Shown: positions 49,826 through 61,500 of the stretch, one piece after another
Numbering within the stretch: position 1 is the first letter of the stretch
How the letters are laid out: every line of letters begins with the position of its first letter
Assembly (NCBI GenBank): GCA_035084275.1
Contig: CM068745.1
Span: 82,708,001 to 82,772,000 of the forward strand
DNA: 64,000 nucleotides
Direction of reading: 5' to 3'
Origin: Hydrolagus colliei
Taxonomy: Eukaryota
Program-made: the position numbers and the translations under genes
The notes under the pieces: model-generated
What the model was told of the DNA's origin: nothing
The model's input: only the letters and a program-made list of their open reading frames with translations
Databases searched by the model: none

Positions 49826-49926
49826 TCAGTTACTTGCCGTCCAACTACAGATCACTGCCGTCAGTAACAGGCCCATCAGCACAATGTAGATGGTGAGGCG
49901 GATGGTTAGAGGCACACAATAATTAA
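49826..49926 (-). CDS. IgSF receptor exon 4: stalk Cys, TM with Arg, short tail, stop
   Basis: Acceptor tttcacatttcactctag|TT; reads VNYCVPLTIRLTIYIVLMGLLLTAVICSWTASN*. Confidence 0.75.
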
Positions 49927-51786
49927 CTAGAGTGAAATGTGAAACATGTAGACAGTTAGAAACCTGACACGCCGCAATAATCTTTCCAAACATATAGTCT
50001 GCAAATTATCCGATCATTTTATCTGTCTGTGTTAATATCTGTCCACAAAATCATTAGACACAGGAAAATAAAACACTGAACCTGGTAATAAACCACAAAA
50101 ATGTTATCTACAGTATTTGTCCTTTATTTCACAAGGGTAAGGATTTAAGTTCTGTTTGAACTATCTGATTTTTTACTTTCGTGTTTTTAACCAAATACAA
50201 GTATTGTCTCTTTACTTTAGTTATCGCCCACAAAATATATAGTCAATTCACTTCACAGTACATTCTGTGAAGAACTTTTGAGATGTCGATAAAATGTGAA
50301 AAGCGCTATATCAAATGCAAGGATTATTATTAATATGATTTACCCGGGTTGAAACTGATCCTTTTCCGCACTGGTGGGTTGAGGGTGATGTGCTGAACCT
50401 GACAGGTCACAGCTTTGCCCAGTTCCCAGTCAGAGGTTTGGATCCTCAGCCGTGAGCTCAGCCTGAAGGTCCCATTGCTGTTCACTGTGAGAGACTTGGG
50501 CTCTGTTTCATAGGGTCCATCTCCCTCCACCGTCCAGGAAACGTTCAGATCTCTTGGGAAAAATCCCTCGGCCACACAAGTCAGGATCTGATTCCCAGAG
50601 GCTTCACTCTCCGGATCAGCAAAAAGATGGACTTGGGGTTTGGCTAAACAAACATACGTTAGAATCAATCACCAACTGGGTGTGAAAGGTTATATTATTG
50701 GTGCAAACGTGAGATTAAATTGGGAAAAGATACAGAATCTGGCTGATTGCATTAAACCTCAAAAGCACAAACCGAGATATTAACTGATTATAGTTTTTTT
50801 TTTTAAAAGTGAATCTAAACCTGATTTACATTGTTTTATTTGCACTAAAATCTGCAAAGAAATGGGAATAAAACAGGAATTCTTTCCTGAAATAAAAACC
50901 CTAAATGTTGAGAATGTTGTAGTTTCTCGTTTTTTCTGGAATCCTTGTCAGACATTTTTGCATTTTTGTCCATTCGGTCTATTTTCCCGCTCGCTGCCTG
51001 AAAACATCTTTCACCCAATATAAATATGGTCTCGTTCATGTAAGAAAACTGGCGGTTTCAGTGACTAACTAGGTCCCCAATAACTAGCGAATAACAAACA
51101 CATGTAGCGTCCGTCCTTGGTTTCAAAACACACCAGGATTTCAGCTCAGGTCAGTATGAATTACCTTGGATCCTCAGCTCTGTCCCGTTGCCTGTGAAGT
51201 TCCTCCGTGGCTGAGGTGTCTCCACCAGGACCAAGCAGTAATATGTGTCTGTATCATTCACTATCACCTCCCTGAACACCAGCCGACTCTCACTTACGGA
51301 GACACGAGGGGATCTACTGATGAACTTTGGAATCCCGTCATTCCCGTCACTCCTGTTGTTCACAATCCTGTTGTTCACAACAGGATTGTCTCTCGATCTG
51401 AACCAATAGTATCTGACCAAGGTCAGCTCCTCGTTGGATTCCACAGAGCAGTTGAGCTGAGCTGGACTCCCCCTGAGAAAGGTCAACGAGCGAACCTGGA
51501 GAACTTTGAGACCGACAGCACTCCCTGTAAATCAAAATCACAATGCAGGAATCATCATAATAATCCTGGCATTTGATATCGCACCTCCATCAGGTCCTCG
51601 AGACATCTCAACAAACGCTTAAACGTAAAGCAAAGGTAACCGTGTAAAGTAGGTCTAAACGTGTGTTTGGGGGGTGAGGGTGGGGGTGGAAATGTCACAA
51701 CAAATGTTAGTGGTTTGGAGTGAATGTTGTCGCTTACCTTGGCTGAAGAACCAGAAAAGAAAAACCGTCTTTCTAAAGTCACTCAT
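49826..51786 (-). CDS. Non-rearranging Ig-superfamily type I membrane receptor, leader-VJ-C1-TM, 269 aa (NCR3/CD28-like V plus C1; PRARP/VJC1-type architecture)
   Basis: Four exons joined by phase-1 GT-AG introns: 51738-51786 (49 nt), 51165-51524 (360 nt), 50344-50643 (300 nt), 49826-49926 (101 nt with stop). Total 810 nt, open throughout. Canonical V Cys/Trp/DxxxYxC plus GNGT; canonical C1 CxxxGFFPxxxxVxW...C. Confidence 0.88.
50344..50643 (-). CDS. IgSF receptor exon 3: C1-set domain
   Basis: gtttgtttag|CC...CCG G|gtaaat; AKPQVHLF...LTCVAEGFFPRDLNVSW...NSNGTFRLSSRL...VTCQVQHITL. Confidence 0.9.
51165..51524 (-). CDS. IgSF receptor exon 2: V-set domain with germline J-like G strand
   Basis: ttttgatttacag|GG...CAA G|gtaatt; LKVLQ...AQLNCSV...YYWFR...DTDTYYCLVLVETPQPRRNFTGNGTELRIQ. 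Confidence 0.9.
51738..51786 (-). CDS. IgSF receptor exon 1: signal peptide
   Basis: catcATG...CAA G|gtaagc; MSDFRKTVFLFWFFSQ(G), continuing SAVG in exon 2 as a plausible cleavage site. Confidence 0.8.
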
Positions 51787-53595
51787 GATGTGGAAATAAA
51801 AAGTGTTGGCCTGGTTGGCTGACCAGAAACCAGTATTTTCTCTTTAGAAGTGATCAGTGAGAGATGTGAAGGTGGCCAAATGCAAACTGTCAGGTTATAT
51901 TAATAAGACGTGTTTCCAATCAAATGGAGGCAAGTGCTGTGCGCACACACCCACGGCTAAACTTGGCTTTTTCTCCAATACATGTTTCACATGAAGCCTT
52001 TCAGCCTTTTGTGCCTTCCTTCATTCAGGTTTATCTCTGTGTGAGAAAGCTGGTGTTGTTAGTAACCCTGAGATTACTTTCTACGTGATTAAAAATTGGT
52101 CATTTTTCAACCCACGATTGTTTGTGGGGGGGACGCTGTTGTGCGCAATTGGCTGCCGCGTTTCGCCCACAAATATATATATATATATACAGTCAATTCA
52201 CTTTACAGTATATTCTGTGAAGCGCTTTGAGACGTCGATAAGATGCGAAAAAGCTCTGTATCAAATGCAAGGATTATTATTATTACAATATTATATTAGA
52301 TTGCCAATATGCCTATAATGCGTTATTACACTATTCCCATCAGAGACCTGCTAGTTACAGTGTCAATTCAACAGATTGTCTTGATTTATAATTTACAAGG
52401 CACACACTTATTACCAGTGATTCTTATACGTTCTGGGAAATTTGTGGATACGGTGATGCTTCGAGATCTAGTCAAACTGTTCCGTTCTTGACAATCCCAT
52501 CGTTAGAAATAATAAGCCTATTCTCTAGTCGCAAAGATAAAGGAGGGTATATATTGTTGGTCACTGTTCATCAATGCCTTCAATCAGAATACTATTGTGA
52601 ATATTACAGTTACATGAGGAGGTAAAGGGGGCTAAGTAGATTGGTGCCAATTACAACAATGAATTGAACACAACTCGGTTTGAGAAGAAATTAATTTCTG
52701 TGATGATTGTCATTCATGGAAGCCATGAACAACAAAGCTGTTCAAAAATGCTAAATGATATACTGTATTCTATATTATATTTCCAAACAAGATACTGTAC
52801 ATAGTCAAATGGGAGGTATTCTGGCCAACCTAACTTTAACAGGATTTTAATGGCTTGAAAAGTTGGATAAAAGAGTCAGTGAAAGGTACAGTATGGCTTT
52901 GGAATCAGAGGAATTATGTGTAACATGTTGTTTAAACTTTCAGCAAATGCACAACTTGACAGCAGAATTTAGATGGTCAACTTGTTGATCTGATTGTTTT
53001 TTTGTTGGTAGATTTTTTTCCTAAAAAACAAAGTGTGATTTTGGTGACTGTTTATTGTTGTTAAGTTTATGACAGTCTTTGGTGAGCGAAGCTAACAGCA
53101 AATTGAATTGTTGCAGCGCCTTCCTTTTGAAGATAAACATCGCAAGATGCTTTACGAAATAGAACCGTTTGGAAAATATTGTTGTTGCGCAGGCAAATTG
53201 CCGAATGTTGCAAAAACATATTTACGAGAAAAGTTTGTGAATGAATAATAATTTAATAATGACGTGCTGTGGTATTGAAGCACTACGGGTTTGCTATTAA
53301 CAACAAAGCCATAACTCTACATTGGAAATGTGTCTGCAGCATTAATGTAAAAACATATGAAAAAGGTTGCAAAACAGGAAGCCACTGTACAGAAATAACA
53401 GCAATTCCCTGTACTGTAGTTGTTCTTGTGGATTGTGGTTGCTTTTTGTTAATGATGTCTTCAAAAGCTTTAGACCCTCAGCAAAATATCATGCACTACA
53501 AGATCTCATGGGCCTGAAATGGTGTGAACCATTTAGAAGTCTGGCAGTGCGGCATAAACCTGCAGAACCAACTATGGCTGGTGGCTCATGATGCT

Positions 53596-53889
53596 AATAA
53601 TAATAATAACATTAATCCTTGTATTCGATATAGGGCTTTTCATTTCTTCTAGACGGCCCAAAGCTCTTCACAGAATGTACTGTGAAGTGAATCGACTGCG
53701 TATCTGCAGGCAAAACGCGGCAGCCGATCCCGCACAGGAGTCATGGATTCAAGCGATCCAATTTTCTTGTTGGATTTTTATTTCTTGGAGGGGGTTGCTG
53801 TCGGGGTGTGGAATAAGGAAACTTGCCCGAGGGTTTGCCGTGCGGTTGTGTCTCGCTTGCGAGGCAAGTGCTCTGAACCACTGAGCTAC
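53596..53889 (-). mobile_element. tRNA-derived SINE
   Basis: Same family, tail to head, in the IgSF-TRIM45 intergenic region. Confidence 0.75.
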
Positions 53890-54444
53890 TTGTTTAGGTA
53901 TTCTACTGCTTTAGGTATCTATTGACTATTGAGCTAAAACTGAATGATAACAATTGGTCATTTTCAACCCACGACTGTTTGTGTGTGTGTGGCGGGGGGA
54001 GGGGGGGGTGATGGGGACGCTGCTGTGCGCAATTGGCAGCCGCGTTTCGCCCACATGTATGCAGCCGATTCACTTTACAGTACATTCTGTGTGCAACGCT
54101 TTGAGACGTTGCTAAGGTGTGAAAAGCTACTGTATCAAATGCAAGGATTATTATTATCTGGTCGAATTTATCATTTTGCATGAAGACAAATATACACAAC
54201 TATTTTTCTAAATGGTAACTGCCATGTTTGACTCTCAGAGGTTTGATTATTACCAGAGCTACTGTTTATTTATTATGAGGGATTTGAGTGAACAAGAGTT
54301 TAATTTTTTTTTCCACAATGTACAGTACTGTAGTGCGCATCATCGCCACTGGTCCTCCAGCGGCAGCACTGCGCCCCCTATCTCCACCCACGGCTTCGGG
54401 GAGAACTCTGTTCGGATTCTCTCGGCATCACTCGGAGCCACGTT

Positions 54445-54530
54445 TGGTTGCCGCCCACCGGCCTCCGATTGGTTGGACGGGGAGCGAGAGGGTGGCTGCT
54501 GATTGGTCGCCCCGGCCCGTCAATCAATCG
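54445..54530 (+). promoter_or_regulatory. Candidate TRIM45 promoter (GC box plus two reverse CCAAT boxes 34 bp apart)
   Basis: ccgccc 54451-54456; ATTGG at 54468 and 54502; CpG-rich patch. An acceptor tttcag at 55511-55516 just before the ATG implies an upstream non-coding exon. Confidence 0.45.
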
Positions 54531-55538
54531 ATCAGCAGAGCGGCTACATTGTTGCCAGTGAAAGTGGCTACAAGTTGTTGATGGACAGAGAGAGAGGTTC
54601 AGGCTCCACAGGCTCAAGTATCTCATTTCCCTTCCTCTTCTTCTTCCTTCCTTCCTTCCTTCCTTTTCTTCTTCCTTCCTCCCTTGCTTTCCTTCCTGCT
54701 CAAATTCAACATAGTGACCAGGGGTAGAGAGGCAGTCTTTGTCAAGGGGGAGAGGGATCAGGAAAAAAGTTATTTGTGTGGGGGAGAGAGTGAGAGTGAG
54801 TGAGTCAGCCAGGATTGGGTTTAGGACTAAGTTTAGAGGAGTTCTGATTTATTGTGTGTGGGGGGGGGAGAGAGGGGGAGGTGGTTCCGACTTGGGAGAC
54901 ATTGTTGTTCCCTTCTACCCCTCCCAACACTGGACTCTGATCTGAATTTGTGATAGTGCATGGGAATTAAAGAAATCAAAATTAATCCCAGAGTCACTTG
55001 GGAAACTCTCTGAAACGGCTCTGGGATTGTTTTTTTTTAAAAAAAGGAAAAGTCGAATTCCTATTTTGCTGTGGTTAATATATACACACATATATACATA
55101 TTTGTGTATTTTTTTTTCTCTCTCTCCCTCCCGACTTGAGTTTTGGGGAGCAATCCCTCAAAAAGCAGCTTTTTGTTGGAATCTTTGTTGTTGTTTTACA
55201 ACAAGAAGTTTGGCTGTGGTTTTGATAGTCCTTGACATTTGTTGGTGTCTGATTTTAGGGCAATTCAATCTTTCAAATGCGATTCTGATTTCCAGAGTCA
55301 AGGGGGAGGGAGTTGGGGGAGGAAAGGGGACTTTTTTTTGAAAAAAAAGTGAAGGATTTAGATTCCAACATCTTCTAAAAAATTTTTAGAGAGAGAGAGA
55401 GGTACAAACATCCACAGTAAGGGAATTAATTTGTAAAGGATTAAACCGAGGAAATTAAATCTGTTTATATTACAAGGGTTTGTAGTTTTTTTTTAAGTTC
55501 TCTTGTTAGCTTTCAGACTTTTTCTAAATTAAAAAAAG

Positions 55539-58500
55539 ATGTCAGGGATTGAGGACAGGTTACCAACTGCCTCTGGGGTGACTTTCCCACCCTCTCCCAA
55601 TGGTGCCGCGGAAGCTCCAGGGAGCTCTGCCACCAAGTGCGCGGTTTGCAATCATCTCTACAGAGATCCCAGGATCTTGCCCTGTCTCCATACGTTGTGC
55701 TTGGAGTGCGTGAGGGACTTGAAGCCGTTCTCGACTCCCAGGGCTCGGAGGGAGGAGGAGGCGGAGGAGGACGATGGTGGAGGGCCTGCGGTCTCGATGG
55801 ACCATGGCGATGAAACTTTCGTGCTGTGTCCAGTGTGTGATTGTGAAGTGAATTTACCAGCTGCCGGAGCGCAAGCCTTGACCAGCAATCGGTTGGTTCT
55901 GAACGAGGTCTTGCTGGAACGCCTGAGGAGAGATGACCGTGGGCTGGTCTGCGACCTGTGCAACGACGGGGAGGCCGAGAGCAGATGTGACGTGTGCTGC
56001 GTCAATCTCTGCGACTTCTGCTCCAAAGCACACAGGTAAACAAACGCGCTGGACTGGACTGTCTGCAAGTTTGCAAAGACAGTTAGGTTGTGACACGATG
56101 ATTTGGACTAATATCTCGAGCCTTTTTTTTTAACTAAATACCTTCCTCTAATCCGGTTTGATAGAGTTCGTCGTTTCCTGGTTATAAATGGTCTGTGTAC
56201 TGTATGTAAAATTAATGATTGTGGTATATGCCATAGGAAAGCCATGTCTTCCCTTTCTATATATCAAATGCAAGAATTATTATTATTATTATTATCTGTG
56301 CTGGTAAGGCATATCTTTAAATTCAGACGCTGGACGAAGGATCAAGGTCCCTAACACAGCATCCAGCAATGTTGAAAAATTAAACTCATTTTATAGTGAA
56401 ATAGTTGGGTGTTGTCATATCTGGGATTTAGTCTGTAAATCATATACTGTAATAATCATCCTTGCATTTGATGTAGCGCATTTTCGCATCTGCTAGACTG
56501 TGTCTCAATGCGCTTCACAGAATACACTGTAAGGCGAATTGACTGTGTATATTTTGTGGGCGAAACGCGGCAGCCAATTGCGCCCAGCAGCGTCCCCTCC
56601 CACATACACGTAAACAGCGGTGGATTGAAGTGACCAATTTTACGATTGGGGATTATTTTTCTTGAGAAAAATCATCATAATAATAGTAATACTGTAGTAT
56701 TAGGTTTGCGGAGTAAGGAAACTTGCCCAAGGTTTTAAGGAATGGAAAGCTGAGGGAAATGAAATGAAAGGCGTTTCACAATTGTTGAGGTTTGAGGAAT
56801 GAATTTGAGATGAGACAGCGAATTGAGTTTCCATTTCGATGATATGAGACTGGGTGGGTGGGTGGGTGAGGGAGGGAGGGAACCGGACTGACGTATCTTG
56901 TGCACCACTTTGAAATTACTACCATAGTCAACTTTCTGATTCGATTGTTTTATTGTTATTATCATTATGTTATTATAGTTTAAATCAGTCTGTTGAGATA
57001 ACAGTCTGAACGCTTTTCAGTAATGCGTCAGCCAGCCAGACCAATAACACTACATATGAATAGATGTGACTTTTCTGAATATATTTGGGCTTTCTAAAAT
57101 TTGTTCACCAGGTATTTTATCATGCTATTTAAAAAAAAAAAAAAAATCTTAACAGTTGCACCAATAATAATTATATGCATTATTACTACGCCTGCTCTGT
57201 GCTGTACTGGCATGATTTATGAACGTTAACCTTTCCTCCTCGTCGTCGTCGTCGTTGTGTGTGTGTTCTTTCTCCAGAAGGCAGAGGAAAACGGCTTCCC
57301 ACGAGGCAGTGTCACTGAGGGATCTAAAGCGCGGCGAGGCGAGGGTTTCCAAGCCCGTGCTCTGCGCCCTACACCCGTCGGAGGCGCTGCGTCTGTTTTG
57401 CGAGACCTGCGACCGCCTGGTGTGCCGGGATTGCTGCACGGTGGAACACCGCCACCACCGCTGCGATTTCGTGGCCGACGCCATCGGCAAGCACGGGGAT
57501 CTCATCCGCCGGCTGCTCCAGCAAACGCAGCCTCACCTCGGGGCGCTGGGCGAGAGCGTGCGCCAGAACGGCAGAGCCCGGCTGCGGGTGCGAGAGCGGA
57601 GCCGGGCCGTGGCCGAAGAAATCGAAGCCTTCACCGAGCGTTACATCGGGGCCCTGGAGACGCACCGGGCCAGGCTCCTGAACCAGTTGGAGGAGCTGGG
57701 GGCCCGCGAGGAGAACTCCCTCCGCTTGCGGCAGATCCGGTTGGAGCAGATGTTCTCGGACGTGAAGACCGGAGTGGACTTCGCGGAGAGCCTGCTGAGC
57801 GGAGGCTCGCACGCGGAGATCCTGATGACCAAAGGCGTGGTGGTCAAGAGGCTCAGGCAGCTACGGCAGATCAGTTACGGCGTCCGCCCGGCCGGGGGGG
57901 AGGGCGACGACGGCGGCGGAGTCCGGTTCGAGCCTCGGGAGAGGGCGGCTGAGTGCAACGGGCTTCAGGTGTTCGGAGTCATTGTCACAAAGGAGGTCGA
58001 TCCCAACAAGTGTCTTCTTCAGGGGGAAGGTGAGATCGAACAGGCGCCTTACAGATGTGTTGCTATTGTTGATGATGATGATGATGATGATGATGAAAAG
58101 GATCAGAATCACTCTCCCAAGCACAGAAGAGTATTTTTCCCCGGCTTTTTTGAGAAGATCGCAAAAGCTCTTTTGGGTGTAACCAATCTCCCGACGGTCG
58201 GATTAGTGAGTGTTGTGGGATCTTTAAAAGTCCGTCCGGTTTAACATCTGATAAAGTAAAAATCGTCTATATTTTTTAAACATACATTATTCTTTTTCTT
58301 TTTAGCTGGGCTATGATTGATCCACTAAAACACCGGCTGTAATCACCATACACTCCTAGCAGTGTCATTGTTTGAATCGTGTCTGCTGTTCACTGTGTTC
58401 AAATTGAGCCATAAAGTCATCAAATCTCTACCCTGTAAAGAGCAGTGTGCTGAGGCAGGGGGCGCTTTGAGACATCTCTAGAAGACGTGAAAAAACGCTA

Positions 58501-61500
58501 CACCAAATGCTAGGAATTATTATTATTATTATTCTTAGTATTGTTTTCTCACAAGTACGGGAAGTGAAACCGGAAAGCATAGCTGTCTGAGAATCTCTCA
58601 ATTTCTCCGAATTAGAAAGATATGCCAGCCAGCGCATCAGCCGTTCAGATTGGGAACACTCGACAGCATCTATGGAGAGTGAGTCAACATTTCGGTTTTC
58701 CACAACCCTTCGTCGGAACTCAAATGACGAGTTCTGACGAAAAGGGGGCGGTGGGGGCCCCAAACATTGACTCGCTTTCTCCTCTCTCCATAGATGCTGC
58801 TTGACCTGCTGAGTGCTCCCAGTGTTTCGGAGCGCTTCGCAGAGCTCCTGTAGCTCAGTGGGTTGGAGCACTCGCCTGACAAGCGTGAGACCTGCGTTCG
58901 AATCCAGGCAGCTCAGAGTGAAAACTTGGGCAAGTTTCCTTACTCCACTCACGCGCACGCACACGCACACACACACGCCTAATAATAATCCCAAAAAAAA
59001 AACACAATCGTAAAATTGGTCATTTTTCAATCCACGACTGTTTGTGTGGGGGAGGCTGCTGGGCGCAATTGGCTGCCGCGTTTTGTCCCACAAATATATA
59101 TATGTATATATATATACAGTCAATTCACTTTACAGTATATTCTGTGAAGAGCTTTGAGACACAGTTGATAAGATGTGAAAAGCCGCGATATCAAATACAA
59201 GGATTATTATTATTATTGTTGTTGTTATTAATTATTATTGAGGCGCTGAACTGTCAGGTTGGGAGCCGAGTAAGGGGGAGCGACAGGGTGGAGGGGTGGG
59301 GGTGGGAGGGAGAGAGTTAGGAGGGGAGGGGAGGGAGGGACAGAGTTGGCTGTTTGTGGGACGTTATTGTGTGCAAATTAGCTACCAGATTTGTCTAGAA
59401 GTGCACAGTCATAACACCACAGTTATTTCTGTGAAATGTTTTGATGATGTGATAGTCGTTATATTAAATAAAATAATAAATTATTTAACGGTATTTCTTG
59501 AAACGCCCCCCCCCCCCCACTCTCTCCCACCCTACAGTTTAATATTGTGCTACTTTCATCCATGTGCTAACAATCCAGGCCTCCAGGTTGGTCGACAGGG
59601 CAGGCTGGCTGCGTTCACACTGGTCTGCAAAGACCACACGGGGCAGCAGATGGGGAGAGGAGGAGAATCGGTCCGCGTGAGCGTCTTCAACAAGAACAAC
59701 AAGGAATGGTGGGTTAGTTGTGGCACGAGTTCATTGTGGACCATTTCCAAGCTCAATTATAAGGGAAAGGTTGGGAGGTGAGAGAGAGCCAGGCGTGGAA
59801 AGATGACCCTTAGTTATTATTATTAATGGATGTAGGGTGGGAGTGGGGGGGGCGAGGTGGTGGAGGGCTTTAAATGTGAGGACCAGGGTATTGAATTGGA
59901 ATCCTCTGGATGACGGGGAAGCCAATGGAGTCAACGACAGTTTTAACGTCTCATCCTTGACTTGCGATGTGAATTGCCCTTATACAATTGTAGGGTCTCA
60001 TTTATTCTCCATATAGGTATTTGTTCACCACTCTTCATAAACCACGTTTTTAGTCATCGTCAGAAAGTATATCCTTTTTGAAGTTCAGCTTTTTCACAAA
60101 ACTTGTCAAGAATGGAACAGCCAGTGGGCAGATATTTGGAATATGTGAGAATTCTCTTCTTTTTAATCCACGCAGCCTTGTTTTGTTACGTGTGTTTTGA
60201 TCTTTGCCATTCAAACAAATACAAATATATACACAAGTATAGCTCCTTTCATGTCCGGAGGACGTTCCCCGGGTGCTGAAATACTTTGTGTAGGGTGGCG
60301 AATGCAGTCAATACGAAAAAGTAATCCTAAATCTTGTCATTAGAGGTCGTCTGGAAACATAGAGAATCGGTTTTCTTCAACGCCGCCGTTGGGTTAAGAG
60401 CACCAGTTTGGTGATAAACCGTGACTTATTGAGAGTTTTCATTGTGTATATATCTTGTTAGGCTAAAACTGTATTTATATCATTGACATCGGATCAGAAA
60501 TTCACAGTTTATTCCTACTTCTCACCATTGGTTACTTATCTAGTCTTAATATCTCGGAACTGTAGAAACATTTTGGTTCGTAGCAGTTTCTTCAGTGAGT
60601 TTGGTTTGGCTGCCCCGAGCTATTTATTGCGAGTGGGTTTTTAACGCTGGTAATTTTCCCTTCAGTGTTCTCACGCCAACAGTTGAAGATAACGATGATG
60701 GGACTTACCGTATCACCTACACTCCTCAGGAGCCAGGTCCACACACAGTGTGGGTTCACGTGAAGGGTCAGCATGTGGAGGTGAGTAAGAGACAGAAAAG
60801 AATGGTGGCTCAGGCGAAAGGGTGAATTAGGGTTGGTTTCATGAAGCTTTACGGCATGCTGTGTTGAAACACAAGGCCATCGAGGATTCATGGCGGTTTC
60901 CTGATGAGATCAAATTTGTTTTAAAAAAGCCTCATCTCTGGATCGAACCTTAAAATGTAAAAAAAAAAATTGTATTTTTGACCGTTTTGACAAGGATGTG
61001 CTGAGAGTGAAACAACAACAACAACAACAAAATTACGTTTGTATAGGGCCTTTCACGTCAGAGGAGGACGTCCCAAGGCGCTATACAGATACTGCTTCAG
61101 ACACGAGCAGAGGACAGAGATGGAGGGGGGAAGGGTGGGGGGAGGAGTTGCCGATGGGTTCATTGAAGAGGAGAGTCTTGAGGCGAGACTTCATGGAGGC
61201 CGGGGAGGGTGGCGGGTGGGGGTGGTGTTGGGGACGAGGCGAAGGGACTTCGAGATGAATCAGGATCATCAGTGGGTGAACAGCATGACTCACAAAATAC
61301 TGCCGATAAGGGAAGTCAAACAAAAACAGAAGTCGCTAGGAACACTCGGCAGGTCAGGCAGCATCTATGGAGATAAGGAAAAGTGAGTCAACGTTTCGGG
61401 TTCTCGACCCTTCGTCAGAATTCTACGCCAGAACAACAACAACAACTACTTCTATATAGCGTCCTCCACACCGGACAGCGTCTCGAAGCAGTATTGCTAA

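Noticed and set aside
50422-50428. RSS heptamer CACAGTG (minus strand) in the IgSF gene
   Set aside because: It lies inside the C1 coding exon, and I saw no matching nonamer at 12 or 23 bp; coincidental.
49826-51786. Calling the IgSF gene VTCN1, CD101 or NCR3 from synteny or motif
   Set aside because: VTCN1 and CD101 lack this J-like GNGT plus C1 combination, and NCR3 has no C1 domain. The symbol is left empty.
51878-51890. Ig-promoter octamer upstream of the IgSF leader
   Set aside because: The sequence is ATGCAAAC, one mismatch from ATGCAAAT; too short and imperfect to support.
58842-58915. tRNA gene (A and B boxes, anticodon-like arm)
   Set aside because: No acceptor stem; it continues into the SINE body and tail, and the anticodon position varies among copies (GAC vs TGC). 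It is a SINE head.
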